Origin: an uncultured Methanomicrobiaceae archaeon
GTDB taxonomy: Archaea; Halobacteriota; Methanomicrobia; Methanomicrobiales; Methanoculleaceae
Assembly (NCBI GenBank): GCA_963826525.1
Contig: CAWGXH010000004.1
Coordinates: 160,001 to 224,000 of the forward strand
Direction: 5' to 3'
DNA: 64,000 nucleotides
In this document: positions 13,017-23,903 of the stretch, piece after piece
Numbering within the stretch: the first letter of the stretch is position 1
How the letters are laid out: each line of letters opens with the position of its first letter
Notes under the pieces: model-generated
Told to the model about the DNA's origin: nothing
The model's database searches: none
Seen by the model: the letters and a program-made list of their open reading frames with translations, nothing else
Position numbers and translations under genes: made by a program

Positions 13017-14020
13017 AGTTTTATTCGTGTAAATTCGATATATCTGACGTCGATACTCTGTACACAGCCAAACAGCATCTTCTTTTTGACGCTGTGGGCG
13101 AGCCTGACCGACCGGGAGATGGTGCTCATCGGGAGCGAGACGCCGGACGGCATCGCATGCACCAGCATCTCCGAGTGCGTCTTCTTCCCGGAGTAGACCC
13201 GGAAGTGATGGCCGAACTTATATCCGGTTCTCGGGATGTAGCCTTTGTCCCGGAGATCCGCATACACACGCTCCTTCTCGCGGATCTCAACGTCCTTCTC
13301 GCCCACAGTCTCTACAAATGTATCGGCGTCGATTGCCGCGCCGTCCGACCGGAGGAGAAGAGCTTCACGCCGAACGAGGTAGATCGTCTCGACGGGTCGG
13401 AGCATCAGTCGTTCCGCATCAAGCCTTTTCCCATACCAGTCCTCCTCAAGGGCGGAGCCAGGAGGGAGATGCGCAAGCGCGTACGTTCCGTAGACGGCTG
13501 CGTTCACCGGTTCGCCGTGAGACGGAGGGGCAATCTCCGGCAGATTCTGAACCTTGACCTCGTAGTAGGTGAGCTCGTCCTCGTCGTCCACGACGGCGAG
13601 GACATACTGTTTGCGCATATTGGTTGCGGCGAGGACATCCTCGCTGAGTCTCTCAAAGTCGATGAGATCTCGCTCGGAGAGCACGCGGACGAGGTACTGT
13701 GATCTCCCGCCGCCCGGTTTGTGCCCCCGGCGAAACACCCGGAAGTCGTGGGGGCCGGGCTGCACCACATACCCCCGCTCACGGATATCCCGGTAGACGA
13801 GGTAACTCCTGATGAAGTTCTGCTGACCGGCAAAGTACCCGAGCAGTGCATCGAAGCCGTACTCCTGCACCTCGATCTTGCCGCGCTCAATAAGGTACAG
13901 AGCCTCCTGCGGTGCAAGCCGCAGTCCTCCCCCTTCCTGTCTGCCGTATCCGCCCTGTTCGTAGAAGGTGCGCCCTTCCCCGCCGAGCCGCACCCATGCC
14001 CCGTCGAATATCGCCTTCAC
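13013..14020 (-). CDS. endA: tRNA-splicing endonuclease (homodimeric, duplicated-domain type)
   Basis: VYRDIRERGY and VYADLRDKGY repeats; GYKFGHHFRVY, H, VRLAHSVKK catalytic motifs. Confidence 0.93.
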   Translation of the reverse strand: MKAIFDGAWVRLGGEGRTFYEQGGYGRQEGGGLRLAPQEALYLIERGKIEVQEYGFDALLGYFAGQQNFIRSYLVYRDIRERGYVVQPGPHDFRVFRRGHKPGGGRSQYLVRVLSERDLIDFERLSEDVLAATNMRKQYVLAVVDDEDELTYYEVKVQNLPEIAPPSHGEPVNAAVYGTYALAHLPPGSALEEDWYGKRLDAERLMLRPVETIYLVRREALLLRSDGAAIDADTFVETVGEKDVEIREKERVYADLRDKGYIPRTGYKFGHHFRVYSGKKTHSEMLVHAMPSGVSLPMSTISRSVRLAHSVKKKMLFGCVQSIDVRYIEFTRIKL

Positions 14021-14133
14021 TCCATCAGTATTGGAAGTGAACGGTCATTAAATCAATTGCCGCACTACCGGAAGGCCACCGGGTTTGGCGAAGAGGAAAG
14101 TGAACAAAGAATTTCTTGGAGACAGAGCCGCAG

Positions 14134-14622
14134 ATGAGTACGGTAGCCATAACAGGAAGCAATTCCCCGCCCGGATTTCGGATTTGCGTGCTTATTGCGC
14201 CTCTTATCGCCACCCAGTTCTTCACCGTGCAAGGTGCCGCTGCAGAGGAAGCACCCCCTGTTGAGTGGAATAAAACCTTCGGCATCGACCTCCGAAACAA
14301 ATTCGAGCAGGTTTAACAGACTCCTGACGGCGGATACCTGATCGGCGGGCAGGTCAACGACGATGCAGTCGCGATCAGGACGGACGACCAGGGGGACGTG
14401 CAGTGGAACAGAACATTCCAGCGCGGTGCCGCCTATGCCGCCGATCTGACCAAAGACGGCGGGTATATCCTCGCCTGCATCACGTTTCCGGAGGCGGGCA
14501 TGACGGATGCGTGGCTTGCGAAACTGCAGGATCTCCGGCAGTCGGATCAGGCTTTCCCCGGGTTCGGTCTCCTCACTGCAGTGGGGGCATTCGGAGTTCT
14601 GCTCTTTCTGCGCAGGCGATAA
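14134..14622 (+). pseudogene. Small PGF-CTERM-type surface protein with an in-frame TAA at 14314-14316
   Basis: ORFs 14116..14316 and 14398..14622 are in the same frame; repeated WNKTF/WNRTF and DGGY motifs; C-terminus FPGFGLLTAVGAFGVLLFLRRR. Confidence 0.6.
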
Positions 14623-14754
14623 GCCTTGCGAGAACATCTGCGAGGGCGCTTCAAAAACCCCATCCCCTCCGGGAACAGGAGGCCGACGCCCCGCACATTG
14701 ACTTTACTCCATTTTCTCCATCATAAAGATGGAATCGAAAAGAAAAAGGTGGGG

Positions 14755-17700
14755 TTACTGCCTGTGCCGCGCCGTGTAGATGTATGCTCCGCCGACCAGA
14801 ACGAAGAGAGCACACAGCCCGATTGCGATCTGCATGAACGGTAATCCTCCGCTGCTGTCTGTCGTCCCGGAGTCGGCCGAGACTACGAACCCCGCAGCAA
14901 GGGGATCGGCGACCGGCGGCTCGGTGAAGAGCGCATAGATGCTGAAGTGATCGATCGATGCCGAGACCGTCCGGTTTGCATCGTCTACCGTCGCCGGAAT
15001 ATCTTCCCACACCCCGGCAATCCCGTTATACCACTTCACCGAAAATATGCTGTTTCCGGCGATATGCTCGTCCCATATCTCATCAGGGAGTGTGAACGTC
15101 ACCGTGACGGCAGGGTCGAAGGATGCACCGTCGGGCCCGAACCGGTAGGCGTATCCGGAAACAAGTACAGCGGTTCCATCGGGCGAGGCGGGAAGATCTG
15201 CCGCATCAATGGGATCGACGCTGATACTTTCAAGGGAAGTCCCGTTATCGCAGAGAGCCCTGACCCCTTCGTCGAGGAAAAGGGCAGTCACGTTGTCGGA
15301 TGATACGAAGACCATCCGCTGAGTCGCTATCCCGGACGCGTTCACCCCGATGGGAGTAACCGTCTCGTTAGTGGCGACCGGCTCCGGCGCTACGGTCGGC
15401 GTAGGAGTCGACGTGGAATGGGACCTGCCACTCCCACCGCCGCCACCACCGCTGCTCGATACAACAGGGGCCGGCGATACCGAGATATTCCAGGCCGCTT
15501 CCGTCGTGTTCTCTCCGGCCGGATTGCTGACGGTCAGGGAAACAGTGAACGTCCCCGCCGGGTATGCATGGGACGGATTCTGTTCCGTCGAGGTCGAACC
15601 GTCACCGAAGTCCCAGAGCCACGAGGTCGGAACGCCGATGGATGTGTCGGTGAACCCCACGGTGAGCGGAGCCGTGCCGCTGGATGCATCCGCCGTGAAG
15701 TTTGCCGAGGGCGGGACGAAGAGCTGGATATACCCGGCTTTTTCTTCGGTCGCACTGCCGACGGCATTCGTCACCGTCAGTGAAACGGTGTATGTCCCTG
15801 CTACAGTATAGGTGTGAACCGGGTTCTGCTCAGTCGAGGTCTGATTATCGCCGAAGTCCCAGGACCACGAGGTCGGGTCGTCGGTCGATGCGTCGATGAA
15901 TGCAACGGTCAGAGGCACTCCCCCTTCCGTCACGTTCGCCTCGAAGAGCACTCCGGGCAGGACGGTTGCAGTGATAGAGTCGGTCTCGACCCGGGTGTCA
16001 TTTGAAAGGGCGTTCGTTACGGTCATTGAGACGGTGTACACGCCTCCTGCAGTATAGACATGGACCGGGTTCTGCTCAGTCGAGGTCTGATTATCGCCGA
16101 AGTCCCAGGACCACGAGGTCGGACTGCCTACTGATGTGTCGGTGAACCCGACGGCGAACGGCACCACACCTCCGGTCACATTGACCTCAAAAGATGCGGA
16201 CACCGGTTCGATCACCGTTATGACCTGCTCCTCGATGTCGCTGCCTGCCGCATTGGTTGCGTTCAGCGTGACCGTATACGTGCCCGTCGCGGTATAGGTG
16301 TGAGAAGCATTCTGCTCGGTCGAGGTCGCACCGTCACCGAACTCCCAGGACCACGAGGTCGGGTCGCCGGTCGATCTGTCGGTGAACTGCACGGTGAGCG
16401 GGGCCATGCCGGAAGAGACATTCGCATCGAAGGCTGCACCGGGAAGCACGCCAACCCTGATCAGGTCGGGCTTCTCTTCAGGTACTGCTCCCGAACTCAT
16501 TTGTTGCATTCAGAGAGACCGTATACATACCTTCTGCAGTATAGGTGTGGACCGGGCTCTGCTCATCTGAGGTCGCGCCGTCACCGAAGTCCCAGGACCA
16601 TGAGGTCGGACTGCCGGTTGATGTGTCGGTGAACCCGACAGTAAGCGGCGTTGTGCCCGAGGTCGCATTCGCCGTGAAGGACGCTGTCACCGGCTCGGCC
16701 ACCGTTATGATGCCGATCCGCTCCTCGATGTCGCTGCCCGCCGCGTTGGTTGCGTTCAGCGTGACCGTATACGTGCCCGTCGCGGTATAGGTATGAGAAG
16801 CATTCTGCTCGGTCGAGGTCGCACCGTCACCGAACTCCCAGGACCACGAGGTCGGGTCGCCGGTCGATCTGTCGGTGAACTGCACAGTGAGCGGAGCCAT
16901 GCCGGAAGAGACATTCGCGTCGAAGGCTGCATCGGGAAGCACGGCAACCCGGATCAGGTCGGGCTTCTCTTCAGTACTGCTCTCGAACTCATCTGCTACG
17001 GTCAGCGAGACCGTATACGTGCCTACTTCCGTATAGATGTGGAGCGGGTTCTGCTCATCCGAGGTCGAACCGTCACCAAAGTCCCAGAGCCACGAGGTCG
17101 GAACGCCGGTCGATTCATCGGTAAACTGCACGTCAAGCGGCATCTCGCCGCCTGTCGGCGATGCGGAGAAAGAGGCCACCGGGGCATCGCCGCCTGTGAC
17201 CGTATAGAGGTAAATGTCAGCGTTGCTGTTGCCGTTCCTGCGATCCTCCCAGACAACCCGGTTCCCGGAGACTGAGGGGAGCCACTGATTGGCGGTCGCG
17301 GTCGTGATGAGCGTCTCGGTCTTGGTGAGGCGGTCGTAGATGCAGATATCCCAGAAGTAGAACCCATTGTGGTTCCTGTAGTCCTCCCATGCGATCAGGT
17401 TGCCGTCGATCACCGGCGAGACCTGGGAAGTGGCGTTGTCCGTGATCTGCTCCTCAACACGGGTAGCAAAGTCATACAGATAGATATCCGCATTCCCATT
17501 CCGTTCATCCTCCCACAGGATGATATCACCGGATATCGCCGGGTAGGTCTGGCGAGCGGGATCGTCGGTGATCCGGATCTGTTTATCCTCCGCGATATCG
17601 TAGGCGTATATCTCGCCGTTGCCGTCCCGGTTATCTTCCCAGGCCACCAAGTTTCCTGATATCGCAGGCCACCAGGTCGTGACGGCGTTGCAGGGTATCA

Positions 17701-18172
17701 GGACCTCCATGCCGGTCGGGATATCATAGAGGCAGATGTGCATCCCGCTGTTTCGAACGTCGTACCAGACGACCTTATCACCGGAGACAACCGGGTGCCA
17801 CTGGCTGGCCGTCGCGCTGGTAAGTTGAATCTCCTGATCGGTCGTGAGATCGTACAGGTAGATATCCAGGTTTCCGTTCCGGTTATCCTCCCAGACGATC
17901 CGGTTGCCCGAGACTGAAGGGTAATTTGGAAGAGCCGAATCGGTCGTTATCCGCGTCTCCGCATCGGTTGCGAGATCGTAGAGATAGATCTCCCCGTCGC
18001 CGCTTCGGTAATCGGTCCAGACAATGAGATTGCCGTCGATGTCGGGTCTGATCTGCTGTCCCGGCGCCGTACAGATCGGCGTTTCGCTACCGGGAGCAGC
18101 GAGAGTCGGCAGTACCAGCAGCGATGCCGCCAGGACTGCGCAGAGTAGAATATGTCGTGTATCGTGTACCAT
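14755..18172 (-). CDS. Large cell-surface protein: signal peptide, TolB-like beta-propeller repeats, ~7 PKD domains, C-terminal membrane anchor (+1 frameshift at ~16481)
   Basis: WEDxRNGNxDIYLYD repeats; repeated FTDxSxGxPTSWxWDFGDG; Gly/Ser/Thr/Pro linker; terminal TM helix with basic tail. Confidence 0.9.
16228..16992. repeat. Near-identical ~270-bp direct repeat (PKD domain duplication; ~16228-16500 and ~16721-16992)
   Basis: Long identical stretches read in both copies. Confidence 0.85.
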
Positions 18173-18440
18173 TCGTTGATCACCATGGATGAGAGCATTC
18201 CCCCTATGCATCCTCACACGTTGGTTCGGCAATTGCATGATCGGCAGAGCGGCATGGGTGCGATACGTTCGTCACGTTGCAGCCCTCTGCCGACCCTAAG
18301 GGTGATGGGGAGAGCACCTTTATCACATATAAAAGTATCTCAGCACGAGAGGTGATGGGGAGGAGCTGTTCGGGAAACGAGTATTATAAAAATAGTAGAA
18401 TATTATGCGGAACCCTGTCTGGCCTGTAGGGGATCGGCTA

Positions 18441-19286
18441 TCAGGGCCTGGCAAGTTCCCTGACAACGGAGATGTTCCCTGCATCGTCACGCCGCTCATC
18501 CACCGGGGTTTCGCAGATCAGCGGCAGATCGCGCACAGCCGGATGATGGAGGAGGAGACGGAACCCCTCCTCGCCGATACACCCAAGACCGATATGCTCA
18601 TGCCGGTCGAGATGGCTGCCGAGGTCTCCCTTCGTATCGTTCAGGTGAATCACCCGCAGGTGCGCGAGATCAATCCGGTCGTCGAAGATCCCGAATGTCT
18701 CTTCGATACCGTCCTCGGTCCGGAGTTCATAGCCTGCCGCGAAGGCGTGACAGGTATCGAAGCAGATACCGATACGGCTCAGATTCTCGATGCCGTCCAT
18801 GATCCGGCGGATGTCGTCGGCAGTCGTCCCCACACTGTTCTTATCCCCCGCCGTATTCTCGAGGAGCAGCATTACATCGGTATCCGTATCGGCGAGCGCC
18901 CGGTTGACGGCATCGGCCACCCGCTGCATCCCGATCTTGACCCCAACGCCGCCGTGGTGCCCGAGATGGGTGACCAGGTATGGGATACCGAGCGCCCCGC
19001 ACCGCTCGAGCTCGGCGGTCAGCGTCCCGACGGCCTTTTCGAAGTTCTCATCGTTCGACGTCGCCAGGTTCGGAAGATAGGGCATATGATCGATGACGGG
19101 GTGGAGATTTACCGAGGATACCCGGTTCCTGAACGCCGCCACGGCGTCCGCATCCAGTTCCTTCGCTTTCCAGCCCCGCGGGTTTCTCGAAAAGATCTGA
19201 AACGTATCGCAGCCCCGCTCCTCTGCCCTCTCTATCGCCAGCTCGATCGATCCGGCGATCGAGACGTGGCATCCAACCCGCACCAT
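18441..19286 (-). CDS. nfo: Endonuclease IV (AP endonuclease family 2)
   Basis: GCHVSIAG, QIFSRNPRGW, HMPYLPNL, LLENTAG, CFDTCH, HLND, DRHEHIG. Confidence 0.93.
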   Translation of the reverse strand: MVRVGCHVSIAGSIELAIERAEERGCDTFQIFSRNPRGWKAKELDADAVAAFRNRVSSVNLHPVIDHMPYLPNLATSNDENFEKAVGTLTAELERCGALGIPYLVTHLGHHGGVGVKIGMQRVADAVNRALADTDTDVMLLLENTAGDKNSVGTTADDIRRIMDGIENLSRIGICFDTCHAFAAGYELRTEDGIEETFGIFDDRIDLAHLRVIHLNDTKGDLGSHLDRHEHIGLGCIGEEGFRLLLHHPAVRDLPLICETPVDERRDDAGNISVVRELARP

Positions 19287-19327
19287 TGCAGTCACCTATG
19301 GAGCAAAAGAGATGTTAGGTATTCCCA

Positions 19328-20299
19328 TCAGGGGCCGATCAGAGCCTCGAGCTCGCCGAGAACAGCCTTGCCAAACTCCCGTGTTCCGGTCGCCCCCCCG
19401 AGATCGGGTGTCCGGACGCCCTTCGCAACGGTCAGCCGAACGGCCTCTTCGACCGTTGTTGCATGTTCCGTGTCCCCGAAGTGCCGCAGCATCATTGCGC
19501 CGCTCTTGATCGCCGCTATCGGGTTTGCGACGTTCTTCCCGGCGATATCCGGGGCACTTCCGTGAACCGGTTCGAAGAACGCATGCGTATCGCCGATGTT
19601 GGCGCTCGGGAGCAGCCCGAGCCCCCCGACGAGGTACGCGGCGGCGTCGCTCAGGATATCCCCGAACATGTTGGTCGTGACGATGACATCGTAGCGGGCA
19701 GGGTGCATCAGGATGTCGAGGCAGAGTGCATCGATATAGTGGGCTTTGTACGGCACCCCCGCTTCTTCGGCCTCGCTTGAGCAGATCCCGAGGAAGAAAG
19801 CGTCCGACTTGAGAACGTTCGCTTTGTTGCCGATCGTCAGGTGCCGCCGCTGCTTTGCAAGGGTGCAGGCGCACCGGGCAATCCGCCGGCTCCCCTTCTC
19901 CGTAATCACCCGCAGGGTGCAGGCGCGGTCGGCCTCCCGCCACTCGATCCCCGAGTAGAGACCTTCGGTATTCTCCCGCACGATGACGAGATCGAACCCG
20001 TCACCGCGGATCGGGCGGATGTTGGCATAGAGGTCGAGTTCATGCCGGATCTGCAGAAGGACGCTCCGGTACTCCGGGTCGGGAGGTGTCGTCACGGCAC
20101 CGAAGAGGATCGCGTCGGCCGACCTGAGGCGCTCCATCGTCTCCGCATCGCAGGCACTCCCCGTCCGCTTCCATCGCCCGTAGCCGACCTCGACGTCGTA
20201 TAACGAAAAATCCGGCCTGACCGCCTCGATGACGGCACGGGCAACCGGGATAACCTCCTGCCCGATACCGTCCCCTTCAACAACCGCTATCTGCACCAT
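19328..20299 (-). CDS. aksF: Homoisocitrate/isopropylmalate-family dehydrogenase (AksF-like)
   Basis: EGDGIG.EV, VRENTEGLY, NKANV, NMFGDILSD, FEPVHGSAPDIAG; in an operon with aksADE. Confidence 0.75.
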   Translation of the reverse strand: MVQIAVVEGDGIGQEVIPVARAVIEAVRPDFSLYDVEVGYGRWKRTGSACDAETMERLRSADAILFGAVTTPPDPEYRSVLLQIRHELDLYANIRPIRGDGFDLVIVRENTEGLYSGIEWREADRACTLRVITEKGSRRIARCACTLAKQRRHLTIGNKANVLKSDAFFLGICSSEAEEAGVPYKAHYIDALCLDILMHPARYDVIVTTNMFGDILSDAAAYLVGGLGLLPSANIGDTHAFFEPVHGSAPDIAGKNVANPIAAIKSGAMMLRHFGDTEHATTVEEAVRLTVAKGVRTPDLGGATGTREFGKAVLGELEALIGP

Positions 20300-21098
20300 C
20301 GCATCGCCACCTCCTCGCAACCTCCGTCACCGCACCTGCAATCGCCGCCGGCGGTGCGCCCCAGTGCACCACGGCACCGAACTTTCCGTCGTACGTTCCG
20401 ACTCCTTCCCGCTCACTCCTGCAGCAGCGGGCGATGAACGGTTCCTGCTCCACCGCAGAGAGCGGGCAGGTGTTCTCGAGTTCGAACGCCTCGCCGTAAC
20501 ACTCCCGGACAAGGTCCCTGCCGGTCATGCACCCGGCCACCCGGTCGCCGCCGTGCACGGCATCCGCATCGAGCGTCCGGGAAAAACCCGCTGCACGGCA
20601 GGGATAGAGATCGGCATCGATCTCCGCGATATCCCGGAGGTGCTCCACAAAGACCACCTCAAGGTCGCCGAAGAGACCGCATGCTTCGAGGTCTTTGATG
20701 GTGGCGGCAAGGTGGGGGCGGGGAGGCTGTATATCGTAGACGTGCAGGCGGAGAAATCCGGAGAGGTCGGGATCGAGGACAAACGACGTATGCTCGTCGT
20801 ATCCCGTGAAGACGGTGCAGCGCCGCCCGGACAGGAGCGCCTTCTCGACGAGGCCCCGTCGGTCATGGAGCTGCACCCGATCCGGATAGCAGACGACGTC
20901 GTCTCCTGCGGCAAGAACGCGCATCGCGATCACCTCCCGCATCAGCCCTACCCCGGTCCGGTCGAGCTCGACTTCGAGTACCTCGTGCCCGTTCTCCGTC
21001 TCGCGGATGATGTAGCGGGTCAGGAAGTAGACCAGTTCGCCGCACGGACGATGGCCGGCATCGTATCCGACCTCTTTGCAGTGTGCGGGGAAGATCAC
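20277..21098 (-). CDS. Hypothetical Cys-rich protein
   Basis: GTG start overlaps the aksE stop (GTGA) and its end overlaps the aksF start; Cys motifs HCKE, PCG, YPCRA, GCMTG, ECY, TCP, RCC. Confidence 0.8.
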   Translation of the reverse strand: MIFPAHCKEVGYDAGHRPCGELVYFLTRYIIRETENGHEVLEVELDRTGVGLMREVIAMRVLAAGDDVVCYPDRVQLHDRRGLVEKALLSGRRCTVFTGYDEHTSFVLDPDLSGFLRLHVYDIQPPRPHLAATIKDLEACGLFGDLEVVFVEHLRDIAEIDADLYPCRAAGFSRTLDADAVHGGDRVAGCMTGRDLVRECYGEAFELENTCPLSAVEQEPFIARCCRSEREGVGTYDGKFGAVVHWGAPPAAIAGAVTEVARRWRCDGADSGC

Positions 21099-21565
21099 CG
21101 CTGCGACCTCCAGTACCCGACAAGGCCGCCTGCCGCCAGGATCTCGACCATTCGCGGTGAGAGAGGGCGGGCAGAGTATCGTGCACCGTCCACCTCGACC
21201 CACCCCTCATCGAGGTCGAACCGGACAAGCGCCCCTTCGACACAGGGAAGATCGGCCTCGATAACGGGGAGGCCGATATTGATCGCATTTCTAAAGAAGA
21301 TACGGGCAAACGAAGGGGCGACGATCCCGACAACCCCGGCCTCCCGAAGAGCGATGACCGCCTGTTCCCGGGACGAGCCGCAACCCATGTTCTTCCCTGC
21401 GACGACCACGGCACCGGCGAGACGGCCTGCGAGGGCCGGGTCGAGGTCTTCAAGGACGTGCTCCGCCCAGACAGAGCGGTCTTTGGTGCGGAGGTAGCGA
21501 CCGGCGATGATGACGTCGGTGTCGATATCGCTGCCGAGGCAGACGGCACGGCCTTCACCGTACAT
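21095..21565 (-). CDS. aksE: Homoaconitase/isopropylmalate dehydratase small subunit
   Basis: DIDTDVIIAGRYLRT, GKNMGCGSSREQA, SFARIFFRNAINIGLP; YLRT loop typical of homoaconitase-type small subunits. Confidence 0.8.
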   Translation of the reverse strand: MYGEGRAVCLGSDIDTDVIIAGRYLRTKDRSVWAEHVLEDLDPALAGRLAGAVVVAGKNMGCGSSREQAVIALREAGVVGIVAPSFARIFFRNAINIGLPVIEADLPCVEGALVRFDLDEGWVEVDGARYSARPLSPRMVEILAAGGLVGYWRSQR

Positions 21566-22776
21566 TATGGAGCCTCCGGTTCGGTTATCGTGCCGGTAAG
21601 AGCACTTGCCGCTGCGGTGGCAACCGACGAGAGGTAGATCTCGCCGCCCACGCCCATCCGGTTCTTGAAGTTCCGGTTGGCGGTCGATAGGCAGACCTCG
21701 CCCTCGCCCAGCACCCCGGTGTGGGCGCCGAGGCAGGGCCCGCAGCCGGGAGTTCCCACACTGCAGCCCGCTTCCACGATATCCGCAAGGGCGCCGGACT
21801 GTGCGGCCGCCTGGAGCACGGCCCGTGATGCGGGCACGACGATCGTCCTGACCGCGACCTTCTCCCCGCGCACGATCCGGGCAAATCGTTGCAGGTCTTC
21901 GAATCTGCCATTGGTGCAGGTTCCGACGAAGACCTGATCGAGCGGTATCCCGGCAACCTCCGCTACTTCGCGGACGGTATCCACCCGGTGCGGCACCGCG
22001 ACCAGGGGGGTGATCGCCCCGAGATCGAACTCGAGAGATTGTACGTACTTCGCCTCCTCCGGCGCCTGACGCCCGGCGGCGACGCCGCATCCCGCAAGAT
22101 AGCGGACCGTGGTGGTATCGGCATAGAACATCCCGGTCTTCGCGCCGGTCTCGACGGCCATATTGCAGAGGGTGAGCCTTCCGGCCATGGAGATATCTGC
22201 CGCCGCTTCGCCCACGAACTCGAGCGCCCGGTACGACGCTCCGTCCATACCGAGCCTCCCGACGTAAGCGAGCGCCAGATCTTTCGGTTCTGCCGCTCCC
22301 TGCAGGTGGCCGGTGAGGGAGAGTTCGATCGTCTCCGGCACTCTAAACCAGGTGGAGCCTGACGCCCAGATCGCGGCCATATCCGTCGCACCCACCCCGG
22401 TCGCAAACGCCCCGAAGGCACCGAGGGTGCAGGTGTGCGAGTCGGCACCGACAACGATCTGCCCGGGAAGGACGACTCCTTCGCTTAAGACCTGGTGGCA
22501 GATACCCCCGCCGACGTCGGAGAACGCGAGGCCGGCGGAGCAGGCGTACTCCCGCAGTTCCTTCTGCAGGTTCGCCGTCGTCGAGGTGTTTGCAGGAACG
22601 ATATGGTCGAAGATGAGGTGCACCCGCTCGGGGCAGGGCAGCATCTCCACTCCCATCTCCCGGAGCGTCTCCCGCGTGAGAACCCCGGTCCCGTCGTGGG
22701 CGAAGGCAAGATCGACGGCACGATCCACGTACGCTCCTTCGGCCGCCCCGAGGATACGTTCGGCGAGGGTACTCAT
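21565..22776 (-). CDS. aksD: Homoaconitase/isopropylmalate dehydratase large subunit
   Basis: HDGT, DHIVP, GICHQ, DSHTCT, GTCTNGR, CGPCLG, TANRNF. Confidence 0.8.
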   Translation of the reverse strand: MSTLAERILGAAEGAYVDRAVDLAFAHDGTGVLTRETLREMGVEMLPCPERVHLIFDHIVPANTSTTANLQKELREYACSAGLAFSDVGGGICHQVLSEGVVLPGQIVVGADSHTCTLGAFGAFATGVGATDMAAIWASGSTWFRVPETIELSLTGHLQGAAEPKDLALAYVGRLGMDGASYRALEFVGEAAADISMAGRLTLCNMAVETGAKTGMFYADTTTVRYLAGCGVAAGRQAPEEAKYVQSLEFDLGAITPLVAVPHRVDTVREVAEVAGIPLDQVFVGTCTNGRFEDLQRFARIVRGEKVAVRTIVVPASRAVLQAAAQSGALADIVEAGCSVGTPGCGPCLGAHTGVLGEGEVCLSTANRNFKNRMGVGGEIYLSSVATAAASALTGTITEPEAP

Positions 22777-23903
22777 GCTCCCGTGACCCCCTTCGCCCGT
22801 TTCAGAATATCACAGAGGACATCCGGCGTGATGCTGCATTTGCCTTCACCGCAGATCTTGATCTGATCCAGCACCCACCGGAGCTGACCGTCGTTCAGGG
22901 TGAATCCGTGCGCCTTTGCCACATGCTCGACGGCACGTCTCCCCGTATGCTTGCCGAGGATGAACCGCCGCTCGCCGCCGACGAGCTCGGGCATGATATA
23001 CTCATACGTCAGCGGGTCTTCGAGAATTGCCGCGATATGAATTCCGCTCTCGTGGGCGAAGGCGTGCTCCCCGACAATCGGCTTCGTTTTTGCAGGAAGG
23101 ATCCCGGAAACCTGCGCAACGTACCGGGAGAGATCGGTGAGACCCGCAAGGTCGTAGCGGTCGATACCGCCTTTCATGCGGAGGGCGACCAGCACCTCTT
23201 CGAGGGCTGCGTTCCCGGCACGCTCGCCGATCCCGTTGACGGTCGTGTGGAGCTGGTAGGCTCCCGTAGCCGCCGCCGTTATGGTATTGGCGGAGGCGCA
23301 CCCGAGATCGTTGTGGCAGTGCACGCAGAGAGGGTGGTCCACCGCACCGGTGATCGTCGTCACGGCCTGCTGCATCTCGAGGGGTGTTAAGCACCCCACC
23401 GTATCGGCAAAACTGACGAGATCGGCGCCGTGCTCGGCGCCCCGGGTGTACATCTCGATGAGGAATGCGATATCGGTGCGGGAGGCATCCTCGGCGGCGA
23501 ATCGCACCTGGACGCCGTGATCCGAGGCGTATTCCACCATCGCGAGGGCATCTTCGAGCACCTGCTCCCGGGGCTTGCGGTATTTGTGCCTGATATGCAG
23601 GTCCGACGTTGCGATGAAGATGCTGACCATATCGACGTCGCAGTCGATAGCGGTCTCGACGTCGGCTTTCAGCGCTCTGGCGAGACAGCAGATGCGGGAG
23701 GAGAGGCCGCTTCGCGCAATGGCGGTGACGCAGTCCTTCTCCGAGGGAGAGACAACCGGAAATCCCGCTTCGATCACCTCGACGCCGACGGCGTCGAGGC
23801 GTTCTGCGATCTTCATCTTCTCTTCACAGGTAAACGATACGCCGGGAGTCTGCTCTCCGTCTCGCAGCGTCACGTCACAGATCTCAATATGCCACGGTTT
23901 CAT
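22773..23903 (-). CDS. aksA: Homocitrate synthase-family enzyme (no C-terminal regulatory domain)
   Basis: DVTLRDGEQTPG, HCHNDLG, NGIGERAGNA, HESGIH, LGKHTG; ~376 aa. Confidence 0.8.
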   Translation of the reverse strand: MKPWHIEICDVTLRDGEQTPGVSFTCEEKMKIAERLDAVGVEVIEAGFPVVSPSEKDCVTAIARSGLSSRICCLARALKADVETAIDCDVDMVSIFIATSDLHIRHKYRKPREQVLEDALAMVEYASDHGVQVRFAAEDASRTDIAFLIEMYTRGAEHGADLVSFADTVGCLTPLEMQQAVTTITGAVDHPLCVHCHNDLGCASANTITAAATGAYQLHTTVNGIGERAGNAALEEVLVALRMKGGIDRYDLAGLTDLSRYVAQVSGILPAKTKPIVGEHAFAHESGIHIAAILEDPLTYEYIMPELVGGERRFILGKHTGRRAVEHVAKAHGFTLNDGQLRWVLDQIKICGEGKCSITPDVLCDILKRAKGVTGA

